NCBI GenBank assembly: GCA_021108295.1 | Contig: JAIORF010000102.1 | Location: 73,260-108,026 of the forward strand | DNA length: 34,767 nt | Direction: 5' to 3' | From: a bacterium | GTDB lineage: Bacteria; Patescibacteriota; Dojkabacteria; SC72 | Part shown: positions 1 to 8,428 of the stretch, piece by piece | Position numbering within the stretch: the stretch's first letter is position 1 | Layout: every line of letters starts with the position of its first letter | Translations under genes and position numbers: made by a program | The notes under the pieces: model-generated | What the model saw: the letters and a program-made list of their open reading frames with translations, nothing else | Database searches by the model: none | Told to the model about the DNA's origin: nothing

Positions 1-40
1 TATATTCGTCAGAGGACAAAGTCCCTAAACGTTATAAGAT

Positions 41-70
41 ATATTATCTGTTCTTTATGGAAAATGTCAA
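41..70 (-). promoter_or_regulatory. Putative sigma70 promoter firing leftwards out of the window
   Basis: Minus strand reads TTGACA (65-70), 18-nt spacer, TAATAT (41-46), in the intergenic space after the stop of 90..1292. Confidence 0.5.
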
Positions 71-89
71 GTCTTTTTTAAAAGATATT

Positions 90-1292
90 TTAATATCTTG
101 GGACAAATACAAAAGTGATAGTTTCGTTGTAGTCTGTGGCACCCTGTTTGTCCGCTGCAGCTCTAGCTTTTAGGTATAGTGCCATTCTTCCATCTACTAT
201 TGCTCCATCTCCGTCATATACCTTGTTCCAACCAGTAGCTACTATCCCAACGTTACTAATACTTCCACTGTAGTTAGCCATTGCAGTTATATCACCCAAT
301 TCTGAAGAGGCATTACTGTTGTCTATATAGAAACTTTGTAGTCCAAAACCTTCAGTAGTAGTGTCAAGATTCCCTGTGATGGAGTTTATCTGTGCAGAGT
401 GTGTTGAACTGTATAGTCCTCCGTTCTCTCCATGTTGTACTATCGCAAAGCCTCCTATACCATTGGTTGCTCCATCAAACCATATTAAATCGTCTGCAGT
501 TACTGTCCCTGCACCAGCGAGTAAGGAAGTGCTACCAGTGAAAGATATTGTATATGGGGGGCTTGTCTCTGTGGTTGTTCCAGTAGATATTGCAATATCA
601 ATATCAAAGCTTGAAGCTGCTTCTGTGGTTGTAGCCGTATCAGAAGGACCTTCCTCTGTTTGGGTAAGGTCTCCGTGTAATGCAATGATTCTAAGGTAAT
701 ATTGTGTACTGCTTGCTAGTCCTAAGACATTAAAGGTGTCAGTTTCCCATTGTGTCTGTGTACGGAAATCATTGAGGTTGTGTGTACTGTAGGATTCCAT
801 TTCGTATGTGGAGCCATCTATGTAGTTTGTGTCCGAAGCGAAGTCGTCTGTGGAGATTTGTATAGCGTAGAGTGTATCAGTAGGGTTGTTATTGGTATCT
901 ATCTCAAATCTTGCTCTGTTGTAGCATCCATTGCCTCCACACAGTACTACCATACCTCCAGCGGGAAGTTCGACTGGTCCAGTAGTACAGTTACTAGTTC
1001 CGTTCGTTGTTGTCTCAAAACAGCTTACCTCTGGTACAGCGGGTCTAAATGCGTATACTGGGTCTCCTAGGGATCTGTAATTAGTAGAGTAGGTGGTAGG
1101 GTCTGTAATTGCTTCATTGATAGTGAGTAGTGAGGAGTAGTTTGTACTTTCTACACTGTCTCCTCCTTGAGTAGTGACTCCTACTAGTTTGTAGTTTGTA
1201 GAGTCAAGTTCCTCAGCGAATGTAGTAAATACGGGAAAGAGTATTGCGAATATGCAGAACCATGTAATTGTAAGGACAGTTTTGTTATTCAT
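90..1292 (-). CDS. Secreted Ser/Thr-rich surface protein with FN3-like and WxL/fimbrial-like beta segments, function unknown
   Basis: 400-aa ORF with a signal peptide (TFA|EE), three STNY repeats, four Cys, an FN3-like strand GLASSTQYYLRIIA and C-terminal DYNETITFVFVPRY. Confidence 0.7.
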   Translation of the reverse strand: MNNKTVLTITWFCIFAILFPVFTTFAEELDSTNYKLVGVTTQGGDSVESTNYSSLLTINEAITDPTTYSTNYRSLGDPVYAFRPAVPEVSCFETTTNGTSNCTTGPVELPAGGMVVLCGGNGCYNRARFEIDTNNNPTDTLYAIQISTDDFASDTNYIDGSTYEMESYSTHNLNDFRTQTQWETDTFNVLGLASSTQYYLRIIALHGDLTQTEEGPSDTATTTEAASSFDIDIAISTGTTTETSPPYTISFTGSTSLLAGAGTVTADDLIWFDGATNGIGGFAIVQHGENGGLYSSTHSAQINSITGNLDTTTEGFGLQSFYIDNSNASSELGDITAMANYSGSISNVGIVATGWNKVYDGDGAIVDGRMALYLKARAAADKQGATDYNETITFVFVPRY

Positions 1293-1307
1293 ATGTACAA
1301 GTATATA

Positions 1308-2399
1308 CTATTTTATTCCTCTACTGGGAAAGTAGTATTTGTTTATTACCTCTATTGTAGTGAGTAGTAGCATGAAGATGACGGGGCCGTATATTAGTCC
1401 CCAGATTCCCCATATGGAAAGTCCACCGAATATGGCGATAAAGCTGACGAATATAGACATTCTTACATCTTTTGGAATGAGTTTGACTCTAAGGACTGTA
1501 TCAATATTTCCGATAAGGATAATCTGAAATATTGCAAGTATAAGACCCTTTAATATTTGTCCACTGAGTATATATACTCCTGCGATTGGTAATATTACTA
1601 TTCCAGTTCCAAGTAGTGGGATAAAGGAGAATAGAGCCACTAATAGCATGATTAGTAGTATGTATGGAGTGCCTAAGGAGTAGAGTACGAGACCGGCTAG
1701 GACACTTTGTGCTAGTGCTATTATCAACATTCCCCAGACCATTGCTTTAGCAGTTTCGAGAGATCTTTTAATGTAGAGTGTTGTAATTTCCTCCTCAAAA
1801 GGAAGGGCCTTTTTAACAAAAGCAACTATTTCATCGAAATTAGGTATGATGACGAATGTGAGGCCATAAAAGATCATTAAATTAAAGAAGGCATCTACTG
1901 AAAAGCTACTAATAGAGGTAACTGTAGCAAGTACATTGTCTAAGAGTCCTGTCAAAGAAGACCTGAGATTGTCTATTACTTCTCGTATTGTAATTACAAT
2001 TGGTATATTTAATTTGTACATTTGCAGGTTTATCCAATCAATTCCATCTTGCAGGTAAGCTGTTGTGGTACTGTTGTCTAATTGGAGATTGTTAACCTGT
2101 TCTGATATTAATAATACGATATTGACAGCTGCAATGCCTAGAGCAATTCCAATTATGAGTGTAAGCAGTATTATTAATGCGGTGGATAGTAAACTTGCAT
2201 TTACTTTCTTTGTTTTTAATCTTTGTGTTAGGAATTTGTATATTGGTTGTACAATGTAGGCTACTATTACGGCAAGTATTATTGCGTTGAGGTAGGGCTT
2301 TGCTATTACTAACACAAAGCCTAGTGTTATTAGTGCGAGGATTGTAAATATTAGTGTGGAATGTTTTTGCTGAAAAAATTTCTTACTTTTTGCTACCAT
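1308..2399 (-). CDS. AI-2E family transporter (PerM/YdiK-like)
   Basis: 363 aa, multiple TM helices, family motifs FSFIPLLGT, GNIDTVLR and GGLSIWGIWGLIYGP. Confidence 0.9.
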   Translation of the reverse strand: MVAKSKKFFQQKHSTLIFTILALITLGFVLVIAKPYLNAIILAVIVAYIVQPIYKFLTQRLKTKKVNASLLSTALIILLTLIIGIALGIAAVNIVLLISEQVNNLQLDNSTTTAYLQDGIDWINLQMYKLNIPIVITIREVIDNLRSSLTGLLDNVLATVTSISSFSVDAFFNLMIFYGLTFVIIPNFDEIVAFVKKALPFEEEITTLYIKRSLETAKAMVWGMLIIALAQSVLAGLVLYSLGTPYILLIMLLVALFSFIPLLGTGIVILPIAGVYILSGQILKGLILAIFQIILIGNIDTVLRVKLIPKDVRMSIFVSFIAIFGGLSIWGIWGLIYGPVIFMLLLTTIEVINKYYFPSRGIK

Positions 2400-2465
2400 A
2401 TGTATGTCTTTTTATATTAGATATTAGATTATACTATATATTTAAGATATAATACTGGAGATTTA

Positions 2466-2555
2466 GGAGAGATGCCAGAGTGGTCGAATGGGACGGTCTT
2501 GAAAACCGTAGTACAGGTTTCTGTACCGGGGGTTCGAATCCCTCTCTCTCCGCCA
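2466..2555 (+). tRNA. tRNA-Ser (anticodon TGA), CCA encoded
   Basis: Acceptor GGAGAGA/TCTCTCC, anticodon arm ACGGT-CTTGAAA-ACCGT, long variable arm, T-loop TTCGAAT, G discriminator plus CCA; TATAAT upstream at 2448-2453. Confidence 0.97.
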
Positions 2556-2583
2556 ATTACAAATTAAGTTTTCTCTAAATTAT

Positions 2584-2820
2584 ATGAAAACTAAACTCAA
2601 AATCATCATTGTTTCTATCATTCTCTTCATCCTAGCAATTGCCCCATGGATTACTGATGAGTATGCAGTTAGTAAAGTTAAGACATATCCCAATTTCCAA
2701 TACCAACATAGATTGGATAATAAGGATGATTTAGAAATATATGTTACAAAGACACCTTTTTGTAGATGGGTGACTACATACGAAGGTGGGTGGTTTGTAT
2801 GTTTTTGGCACATATTCTAA
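2584..2820 (+). CDS. Small membrane-anchored hypothetical protein
   Basis: 78 aa, ATG start, basic N-terminus followed by a hydrophobic helix, aromatic C-terminus; fills the gap after the tRNA. Confidence 0.65.
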   Translation: MKTKLKIIIVSIILFILAIAPWITDEYAVSKVKTYPNFQYQHRLDNKDDLEIYVTKTPFCRWVTTYEGGWFVCFWHIF

Positions 2821-2840
2821 GGAATAGAGATATATCTATC

Positions 2841-2869
2841 TTGACTCTCATAATAAATACAATTAAAAT
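2841..2869 (+). promoter_or_regulatory. sigma70-type promoter for 2915..3619
   Basis: TTGACT (2841-2846), 17 nt, TAAAAT (2864-2869); AGGAG SD-like site just before the ATG at 2915. Confidence 0.7.
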
Positions 2870-2914
2870 AATGCTAGTTATAGACAAATAATATAAGTTA
2901 TTAGGAGAATAGTT

Positions 2915-3619
2915 ATGAAAGTTATGAAAGGGAGCATACTAGTTATAATTCTGGCAGTACTAGCGGTAGGAGGCTTAATATTTGCAGGACTATCAGTTAC
3001 TGGTGTCTTGGAGAGTGAGACTTTTGATAAGATTAAGGAAAAGATAGAGATACTTCCTACAGAGGAAGAGACTTTAGTTGGTTCAATACAAGAAGTGTTA
3101 GATATGAAGACCTCACTTAAATGTACATATGTACAAAATGTGGATGGAGAAGATGTCGAGGGTACTGTCTATGTAGCTAAAGATCAGGTAAGGACAGAAA
3201 TCTTGATCATTAGGAATAATGGTGATTCAGATGCAACAATGGATATGATAGTTACAGGAGATTGGGTATATGTTTGGACAAGTGTTCAAGGCAGTGCTAT
3301 GAAGGCAGAGCTTTCAGCATTCGAGGGAGGAGAGGACTTTGATGCTCTTGAAGATATTGGGGGTCTTGAAGAGGAATTAGATATGTCATGTACGCCATGG
3401 ATTACAGATAGTTCCAAATTTGATGTACCAGATATGGAGTTTATGGATATAACCGAGATGATGGAAGGCTTTGGAGAGTATAGCGTAGAAGAGTTAAAGG
3501 AGATGGCAGAGGAAGACGCTGAAGCAAACAGGGAGCTTATATGTAACTTTTGTCTTTCAGCACCTACTCAAGCGGAAATAGATGAGTGTCGTGTCGATGC
3601 TGAGTGTGATAAGTTGTAA
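2915..3619 (+). CDS. Membrane-anchored acidic hypothetical protein with a beta-rich core and Cys-rich C-terminus
   Basis: 234 aa, N-terminal TM helix, beta-strand-rich core (SLKCTY...GTVYV...MIVTGDWVYVW) and a C-terminal CxxC plus two more Cys. Confidence 0.8.
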   Translation: MKVMKGSILVIILAVLAVGGLIFAGLSVTGVLESETFDKIKEKIEILPTEEETLVGSIQEVLDMKTSLKCTYVQNVDGEDVEGTVYVAKDQVRTEILIIRNNGDSDATMDMIVTGDWVYVWTSVQGSAMKAELSAFEGGEDFDALEDIGGLEEELDMSCTPWITDSSKFDVPDMEFMDITEMMEGFGEYSVEELKEMAEEDAEANRELICNFCLSAPTQAEIDECRVDAECDKL

Positions 3620-3659
3620 ATTAGTCTGTTTCTTACAATTATTGTAGTATACTTGTCTC

Positions 3660-4271
3660 ATGGATTTTTTTACGCTTGTTACAGAACTTGCACAACAATC
3701 TAAATACACATTACTATTCATTGTTTACCTTCTTGAAGGTCCCGTTGCAGGATTTATATCTGCTTTTATAGCGACTACGGGTCAGTTAGATATATCTATA
3801 GCATTCCCACTTCTTATTCTTGCAGAAATCATTGCGGATCTGTTCTTTTACTATCTAGGGAGACGGTTATCTAACGGAGGGCTTAATAAAAAGGTTAAGA
3901 AATATGAGCAAAATAATCTCTTACGGGTGATTAAAGAGATTCTTCTTACTCATCCAATTCGAGCTTTAATAGCAATAAAGGTAATCAGTGTGATTGCAAT
4001 ACCAGGGTTAATCCTAATTGGAAAGTATAAATCATTAAAGGTACAAACATACCTTCTATGGGTGTCTATCATATGCCTCATAAAGAATTCTGTGGTAAGT
4101 TTAATGGGATATGGTTTGGGTATAGGTGTTGGAGACTTCCTAGCAATATATGATATTTATATGAGAGTTGTAATAGTAGCAGGAGTTGTTGTAGTAGGAT
4201 ATGTTTTGGTACGAGCTTATCAAGACAAAATTGAGAAAGGTCTTCTTACTGTATTAAGAAAGATGAAATAG
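3660..4271 (+). CDS. DedA/VTT family membrane protein
   Basis: 203 aa, motifs LLEGP, ADLFFYYLGR and MGYGLG; multiple TM segments. Confidence 0.8.
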   Translation: MDFFTLVTELAQQSKYTLLFIVYLLEGPVAGFISAFIATTGQLDISIAFPLLILAEIIADLFFYYLGRRLSNGGLNKKVKKYEQNNLLRVIKEILLTHPIRALIAIKVISVIAIPGLILIGKYKSLKVQTYLLWVSIICLIKNSVVSLMGYGLGIGVGDFLAIYDIYMRVVIVAGVVVVGYVLVRAYQDKIEKGLLTVLRKMK

Positions 4272-4277
4272 AAGAGT

Positions 4278-5555
4278 TTAACTCTTACGTTGTTTTCTCT
4301 TAGCAGAGGACTTCGTGGTCCAATATACAAGAGGGTAGAGTGGAATAAGCAATGAGAGAAGTAGTATAAGGGAGGGAAAGCTTCTCTTATGAGATTTCTT
4401 AGATTCAAGTTTTAGGATTTCCTCATAGGTCTCCACTGTTCTTGTCTGTATATTACTCCAGTCCAACTCTGAGACTCTCTCAAGGCAAGACTTTGATATA
4501 TTTTCATAATCAGAGTCCTTTTCTTGTGTGAAATGCTCAACTGATTTAGCAAATTCTTTTGGAGAACTATTAGCATTAAGCCATATGCCAGTATCCTTAT
4601 TGACAAACTCATCTACGGTTTCGTTGCTTAATCCTACTATTGGTGTACCAGAGGCCAAGGTTTCAAGTATTGCAAGACTCTGCACTTCCTTTGTAGAAGC
4701 TGACACAAAAAGATAGCTTTGATTAAGGATATCAATAACTTCTGTGTGAGGAAGATTTCCATGTAGAGTAACTCTTTCATATAGTTTAAGTTTATGAATA
4801 AGGGTTTTAATCTTTTGCACATATTCTTTGTTATCTGAAGTACCAATTAGATGCAAATGATATTTCTTAGGCAAATACTGGAGAGCATCTACTAAGTAGT
4901 GTTGATTTTTCCTCCGGTCTAGATATCCGACAAATGTCAAATGAATAATCTTGTCTTCTAAGCTTATGTCTTTTGGTTTGTAATATCTCTTTAAATCTCT
5001 ACCATTAGGGATTGTATATATTGGTCCTTTATATCCTGTCTTGATTAATTCATCTCTTGCGGCTTGGTTTAAGCAAATTAAAGCATTACAATTGTTGTAG
5101 AAGACTTTTGCATAAGTATCTATTATAGAGGAGACCATTTTGAGAAAACGGATCTTGCTTTGTATAACGAAACTTGTCAATTGATTTGGTAAAGCATGTG
5201 TTGTGTATATGAATGGAACCTTATTAATATTTGCCCAAGCCTGGATGAATAACACGAAAGGTATTATTGTATGACAATGTATGACATCAGGTTGAAATTC
5301 CCGAAGAAAGGTTCTAAGTTTTAATAGATCTATGCCGGAAAATCTTGATATGGATATAAAATTGTCATTATATGCCTTAAAAGAAAAAACTTTCAAAGCT
5401 CCCTCATTGGGACTTATCTCTGTTTCCTCTCCAGATCTAATTAATCCAACATCAAGAGTATTGTCTTGAGAGAAATAGTGGGAGATTTCTTCTGCAACTT
5501 TACTCTCTCCGCCTACTTGATTTTTGCTAAAACCATTTATAAAGAGGATTTTCAT
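4278..5555 (-). CDS. GT4 (GT-B fold) glycosyltransferase with C-terminal membrane anchor, similar to diacylglycerol glucosyltransferases
   Basis: Start moved to ATG 5555 (MKILFINGFS..VGG); motifs PDVIHCHT, IPNG, RRKNQ and EVQSLAILE (EX7E); hydrophobic C-terminal helix. Confidence 0.9.
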   Translation of the reverse strand: MKILFINGFSKNQVGGESKVAEEISHYFSQDNTLDVGLIRSGEETEISPNEGALKVFSFKAYNDNFISISRFSGIDLLKLRTFLREFQPDVIHCHTIIPFVLFIQAWANINKVPFIYTTHALPNQLTSFVIQSKIRFLKMVSSIIDTYAKVFYNNCNALICLNQAARDELIKTGYKGPIYTIPNGRDLKRYYKPKDISLEDKIIHLTFVGYLDRRKNQHYLVDALQYLPKKYHLHLIGTSDNKEYVQKIKTLIHKLKLYERVTLHGNLPHTEVIDILNQSYLFVSASTKEVQSLAILETLASGTPIVGLSNETVDEFVNKDTGIWLNANSSPKEFAKSVEHFTQEKDSDYENISKSCLERVSELDWSNIQTRTVETYEEILKLESKKSHKRSFPSLILLLSLLIPLYPLVYWTTKSSAKRKQRKS

Positions 5556-5644
5556 AACCTTTTTGTTATTAATAAAAATAAAATGTATAATCATCATAGC
5601 ATAGATACAAATACAGATATAGATAAGTTGTTTGATTCCCAAAT

Positions 5645-7234
5645 TTGAAACAAGACAAGTTTAAACCAACAGATAGGCAATATGGTTTTCCTACAAATAC
5701 TCCCAAGTCAACAAGAAGATTCTTAGAAATAACTCCAGGTTTAATAGTGTGGTTATTAATATTGTCACCAATCTTGATGGCTCTAATGGGTTGGAATACA
5801 GCATTTGTCATTTATGTTGCATATTTAGTAGCATACTGGACAGTAAGAAGTGCGAAATTTGTATATGGAATTCTGGTTGGCTTGAAACGTGTGAGACGTG
5901 AGACAGCAATTGATTGGAGGCAAAAGATTAAGAATGAGAAAGAAGAAGAGTTTAAGAAGCTTAAGTTTGTCTATATCTTCCCAGTGTATGCAGAGAACTT
6001 AGATATCTGGGAACCATCGTTTGGAGCTTGGGCAAATAGTGATGTTGGGGCAGATAAGATAGATGTAGTAGTAGCAATGGAGGAGGGGAAGCAAGAATTA
6101 CAGGAGAAGAATTTCAGAATTATTCAGGAGAAATATGGAGAGAGGTTTAATAGTATGCAGTATTATGTACATCCAGCAGGTATTCCAGGGGAGATAGCTG
6201 GAGTTAAAGGAGGGAATATCAATTGGGCAACAAGGAGCTATGTAGAAGAATTAGAGGAAAAAGGAGAAGATTTAGGAGAGTATCTATTAATTACCTGTGA
6301 TTCTGACTTAAGGCCTCACCCAAAGTATCTTTCTGCAGTAACATATAAATATTTAACAGTGGAAGAACCAAAGATGAGGTTCTATACTTCAGCGCTTCAT
6401 ACATTTAATAATAATATTTGGAGAGTTGCACCTATTATTAGATCCCAATCCGCGATGCTTACTCTTGTTATTTTGCATGATTGGGTTATAGAAAAGACTA
6501 AAAGATTTTTTTGGTCTGATGAAGAGGTGTATGTAAGAGATTCATTCTCTTCATATATTGTGAATTTACAAACGCTAAAAGATCTTCAGTTTTGGGATCC
6601 TGAGATTGCTAATGACGACACTGCTTTTTTCTGGAATGCTTTGGCTAGGACAAAAGGTAAGTTTAAGAGTCAAGAGGTGTATATCCCTACATATAATGAT
6701 GCTGTTGAGAATAAAAACCTTTGGGAGTCACACAAATCATTCTATAAGCAACAACATAGATGGGGTTGGGGAATTATCACTCTTCCAATTAGTGCTGCTG
6801 CAATGATAGAGGATAAAGAATTTCCACTTAAGAGAAAGTTTATGCTTTTCCAGAGAATGTTTGAAACTCAAATCTGGTATCTTACTATTGTTTTTGTTTT
6901 AACTTTTGGCTTGAAAATAATGGGGTGGTTAAATCCTGAATATCAATTTAGTGCAATTTCACATAATCTGCCAAAGCTACTTAGCTATATCTTTACCTTT
7001 ATTACACTAACCAATATCCCTATAGTGTTTGCAAGGAGACAAATTACGAAAGTCCCAGAAGGCTGGAAGTGGTGGAGACACCTCTTAGACTTTGCAGAAA
7101 CTGTTCTAATTACAGTAAACATGCTCACCTTTGGATTTATTCCATATTTGCAAGCTATGACAGAAATGATGTTGGGTAGGACAGACTCGAATCGCAATTT
7201 CTACATCACTGAGAAAGTTAAGATGAAAAAGTAG
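5645..7234 (+). CDS. Membrane-integrated GT2 family glycosyltransferase
   Basis: 529 aa, TTG start (uncertain), N- and C-terminal TM helices, KGGNIN, CDSD (DxD), NDD and QQHRW (QxxRW). Confidence 0.88.
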   Translation: MKQDKFKPTDRQYGFPTNTPKSTRRFLEITPGLIVWLLILSPILMALMGWNTAFVIYVAYLVAYWTVRSAKFVYGILVGLKRVRRETAIDWRQKIKNEKEEEFKKLKFVYIFPVYAENLDIWEPSFGAWANSDVGADKIDVVVAMEEGKQELQEKNFRIIQEKYGERFNSMQYYVHPAGIPGEIAGVKGGNINWATRSYVEELEEKGEDLGEYLLITCDSDLRPHPKYLSAVTYKYLTVEEPKMRFYTSALHTFNNNIWRVAPIIRSQSAMLTLVILHDWVIEKTKRFFWSDEEVYVRDSFSSYIVNLQTLKDLQFWDPEIANDDTAFFWNALARTKGKFKSQEVYIPTYNDAVENKNLWESHKSFYKQQHRWGWGIITLPISAAAMIEDKEFPLKRKFMLFQRMFETQIWYLTIVFVLTFGLKIMGWLNPEYQFSAISHNLPKLLSYIFTFITLTNIPIVFARRQITKVPEGWKWWRHLLDFAETVLITVNMLTFGFIPYLQAMTEMMLGRTDSNRNFYITEKVKMKK

Positions 7235-7266
7235 TTCATCGAAAGTTCATAACTGTTTAGTAAAAT
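7232..7266 (+). promoter_or_regulatory. Direct-repeat box (AGTTCAT-N4-AGTTCAT) plus -10-like TAAAAT, copy 1
   Basis: 7232-7256 is 24/25 identical to 18643-18667; TAAAAT at 7261-7266 lies 10 nt after the second heptamer. Confidence 0.65.
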
Positions 7267-7294
7267 ATAGGTACTAATCTTAGTATCTAAAGTT

Positions 7295-8428
7295 ATGAAA
7301 ATGTTAAAAATCTTTCTCCTTTCCATCTTCTTTTTCTCAATACCATCAGTTGGTTGTATATATGCTCTAGAGGAGGGTTTCTACAGTACAATATCATTTA
7401 CGATAGGGGAAGTAGCTCCACGAGAAGAGGTATCACATGAGCCTACTCATATAGAAGGTGAATATACCTCTGAAGTGCTCTCTCATACTAAGATTCTCGC
7501 TCATCTTACGATGGATAGTCACAGAAGTAGGATATTCGATAGGTTGACTATGTTGGCATTACCTCCATTCTCACAAGTAGATATTGGATATTACTGGTAT
7601 AACTATACCCCAGACGAAGTAAATGTCGAAACTATAAGGATTCCCCTAAGTAGGGAACATATTCCTAGAGGAGATATGACCCAATTACTCTACGAAAATC
7701 CTAACCAGGAGTTTAAATGGGGCATAACACACTCGGACGGTCCTTCTAAAGGAGGAAAGTATGTAGACATTGAAGGAGTTGGTCTAGTGCAGTCTGATAT
7801 AGATACAGGGATGGACACAGGTGTGATTATAGAGTCCTTTACAACAAAACCCTCAGTTGTATTAGACAAGTGGGAGATAGAAGTGTTGAATGAAAGGCTC
7901 TCTAAAGTCACTCTCTATGTAAAAAATATTACAGGTGAATATTTACAAGATATATGGATAAACTACAAAGATTCTGTATGTAAATCAATAGACCTCGAAG
8001 GGTATAGCGGGTATAAACAGGAGGTATATAAGAAGTGTGTAGTAAGTGAAGATAGTGTGAATTGTGGAACCATTAAAATTATCGATAGAAATACCAAAGC
8101 ACACTGTATAGCATATGGGTCAGATTGGGACAACTACCTTAAACCAGACTCTATATCTGTATGGAACAAAATAGAAGGAGAGTGGACTATTGGAGCTCAA
8201 TTTCAGCCTGGCAGAGAAAGTCTTTGTCTTCGAAGACTTCCATATGCATATAGGACAGAAGAATTAATCGCCGAGTACAATCCACCAGAACCCCCACCTA
8301 CACAAGAAGAATATTGGAAAGACATACTAGGATTAGAACTTTTACCCATCACAAGCTATCAAAGTGGTATGAAGAGTTTTTTAAGATTGATAAAACCATT
8401 GTTTACTGATAATCTTAATACAATATGA
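7295..8428 (+). CDS. Secreted hypothetical protein with Pro-rich linker and LPxT-like C-terminal motif
   Basis: 377 aa, signal peptide, several Cys, NPPEPPPT linker, ILGLELLPITS; stop overlaps the next start (ATGA, 8425-8428). Confidence 0.8.
   Translation: MKMLKIFLLSIFFFSIPSVGCIYALEEGFYSTISFTIGEVAPREEVSHEPTHIEGEYTSEVLSHTKILAHLTMDSHRSRIFDRLTMLALPPFSQVDIGYYWYNYTPDEVNVETIRIPLSREHIPRGDMTQLLYENPNQEFKWGITHSDGPSKGGKYVDIEGVGLVQSDIDTGMDTGVIIESFTTKPSVVLDKWEIEVLNERLSKVTLYVKNITGEYLQDIWINYKDSVCKSIDLEGYSGYKQEVYKKCVVSEDSVNCGTIKIIDRNTKAHCIAYGSDWDNYLKPDSISVWNKIEGEWTIGAQFQPGRESLCLRRLPYAYRTEELIAEYNPPEPPPTQEEYWKDILGLELLPITSYQSGMKSFLRLIKPLFTDNLNTI

Noticed and set aside
2466-2555. TGA in the tRNA anticodon loop suggesting selenocysteine or stop recoding
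   Set aside because: Anticodon UGA reads UCA (Ser). TGA is used as a stop at 8426-8428 and Trp codons are TGG.
5503-5513. CTCTCTCCGCC matches the tRNA-Ser 3' end (2544-2554), a possible attR
   Set aside because: Only 11 bp, it lies inside the conserved GG motif of the GT4 coding sequence, and there is no integrase; probably chance.
5556-5642. N-terminal extension of the GT4 ORF and the ATAGAT/ACAGAT-like hexamer run near 5601-5627
   Set aside because: Low-complexity intergenic DNA; the GT4 fold begins at MKIL (5555) and the repeats are degenerate.
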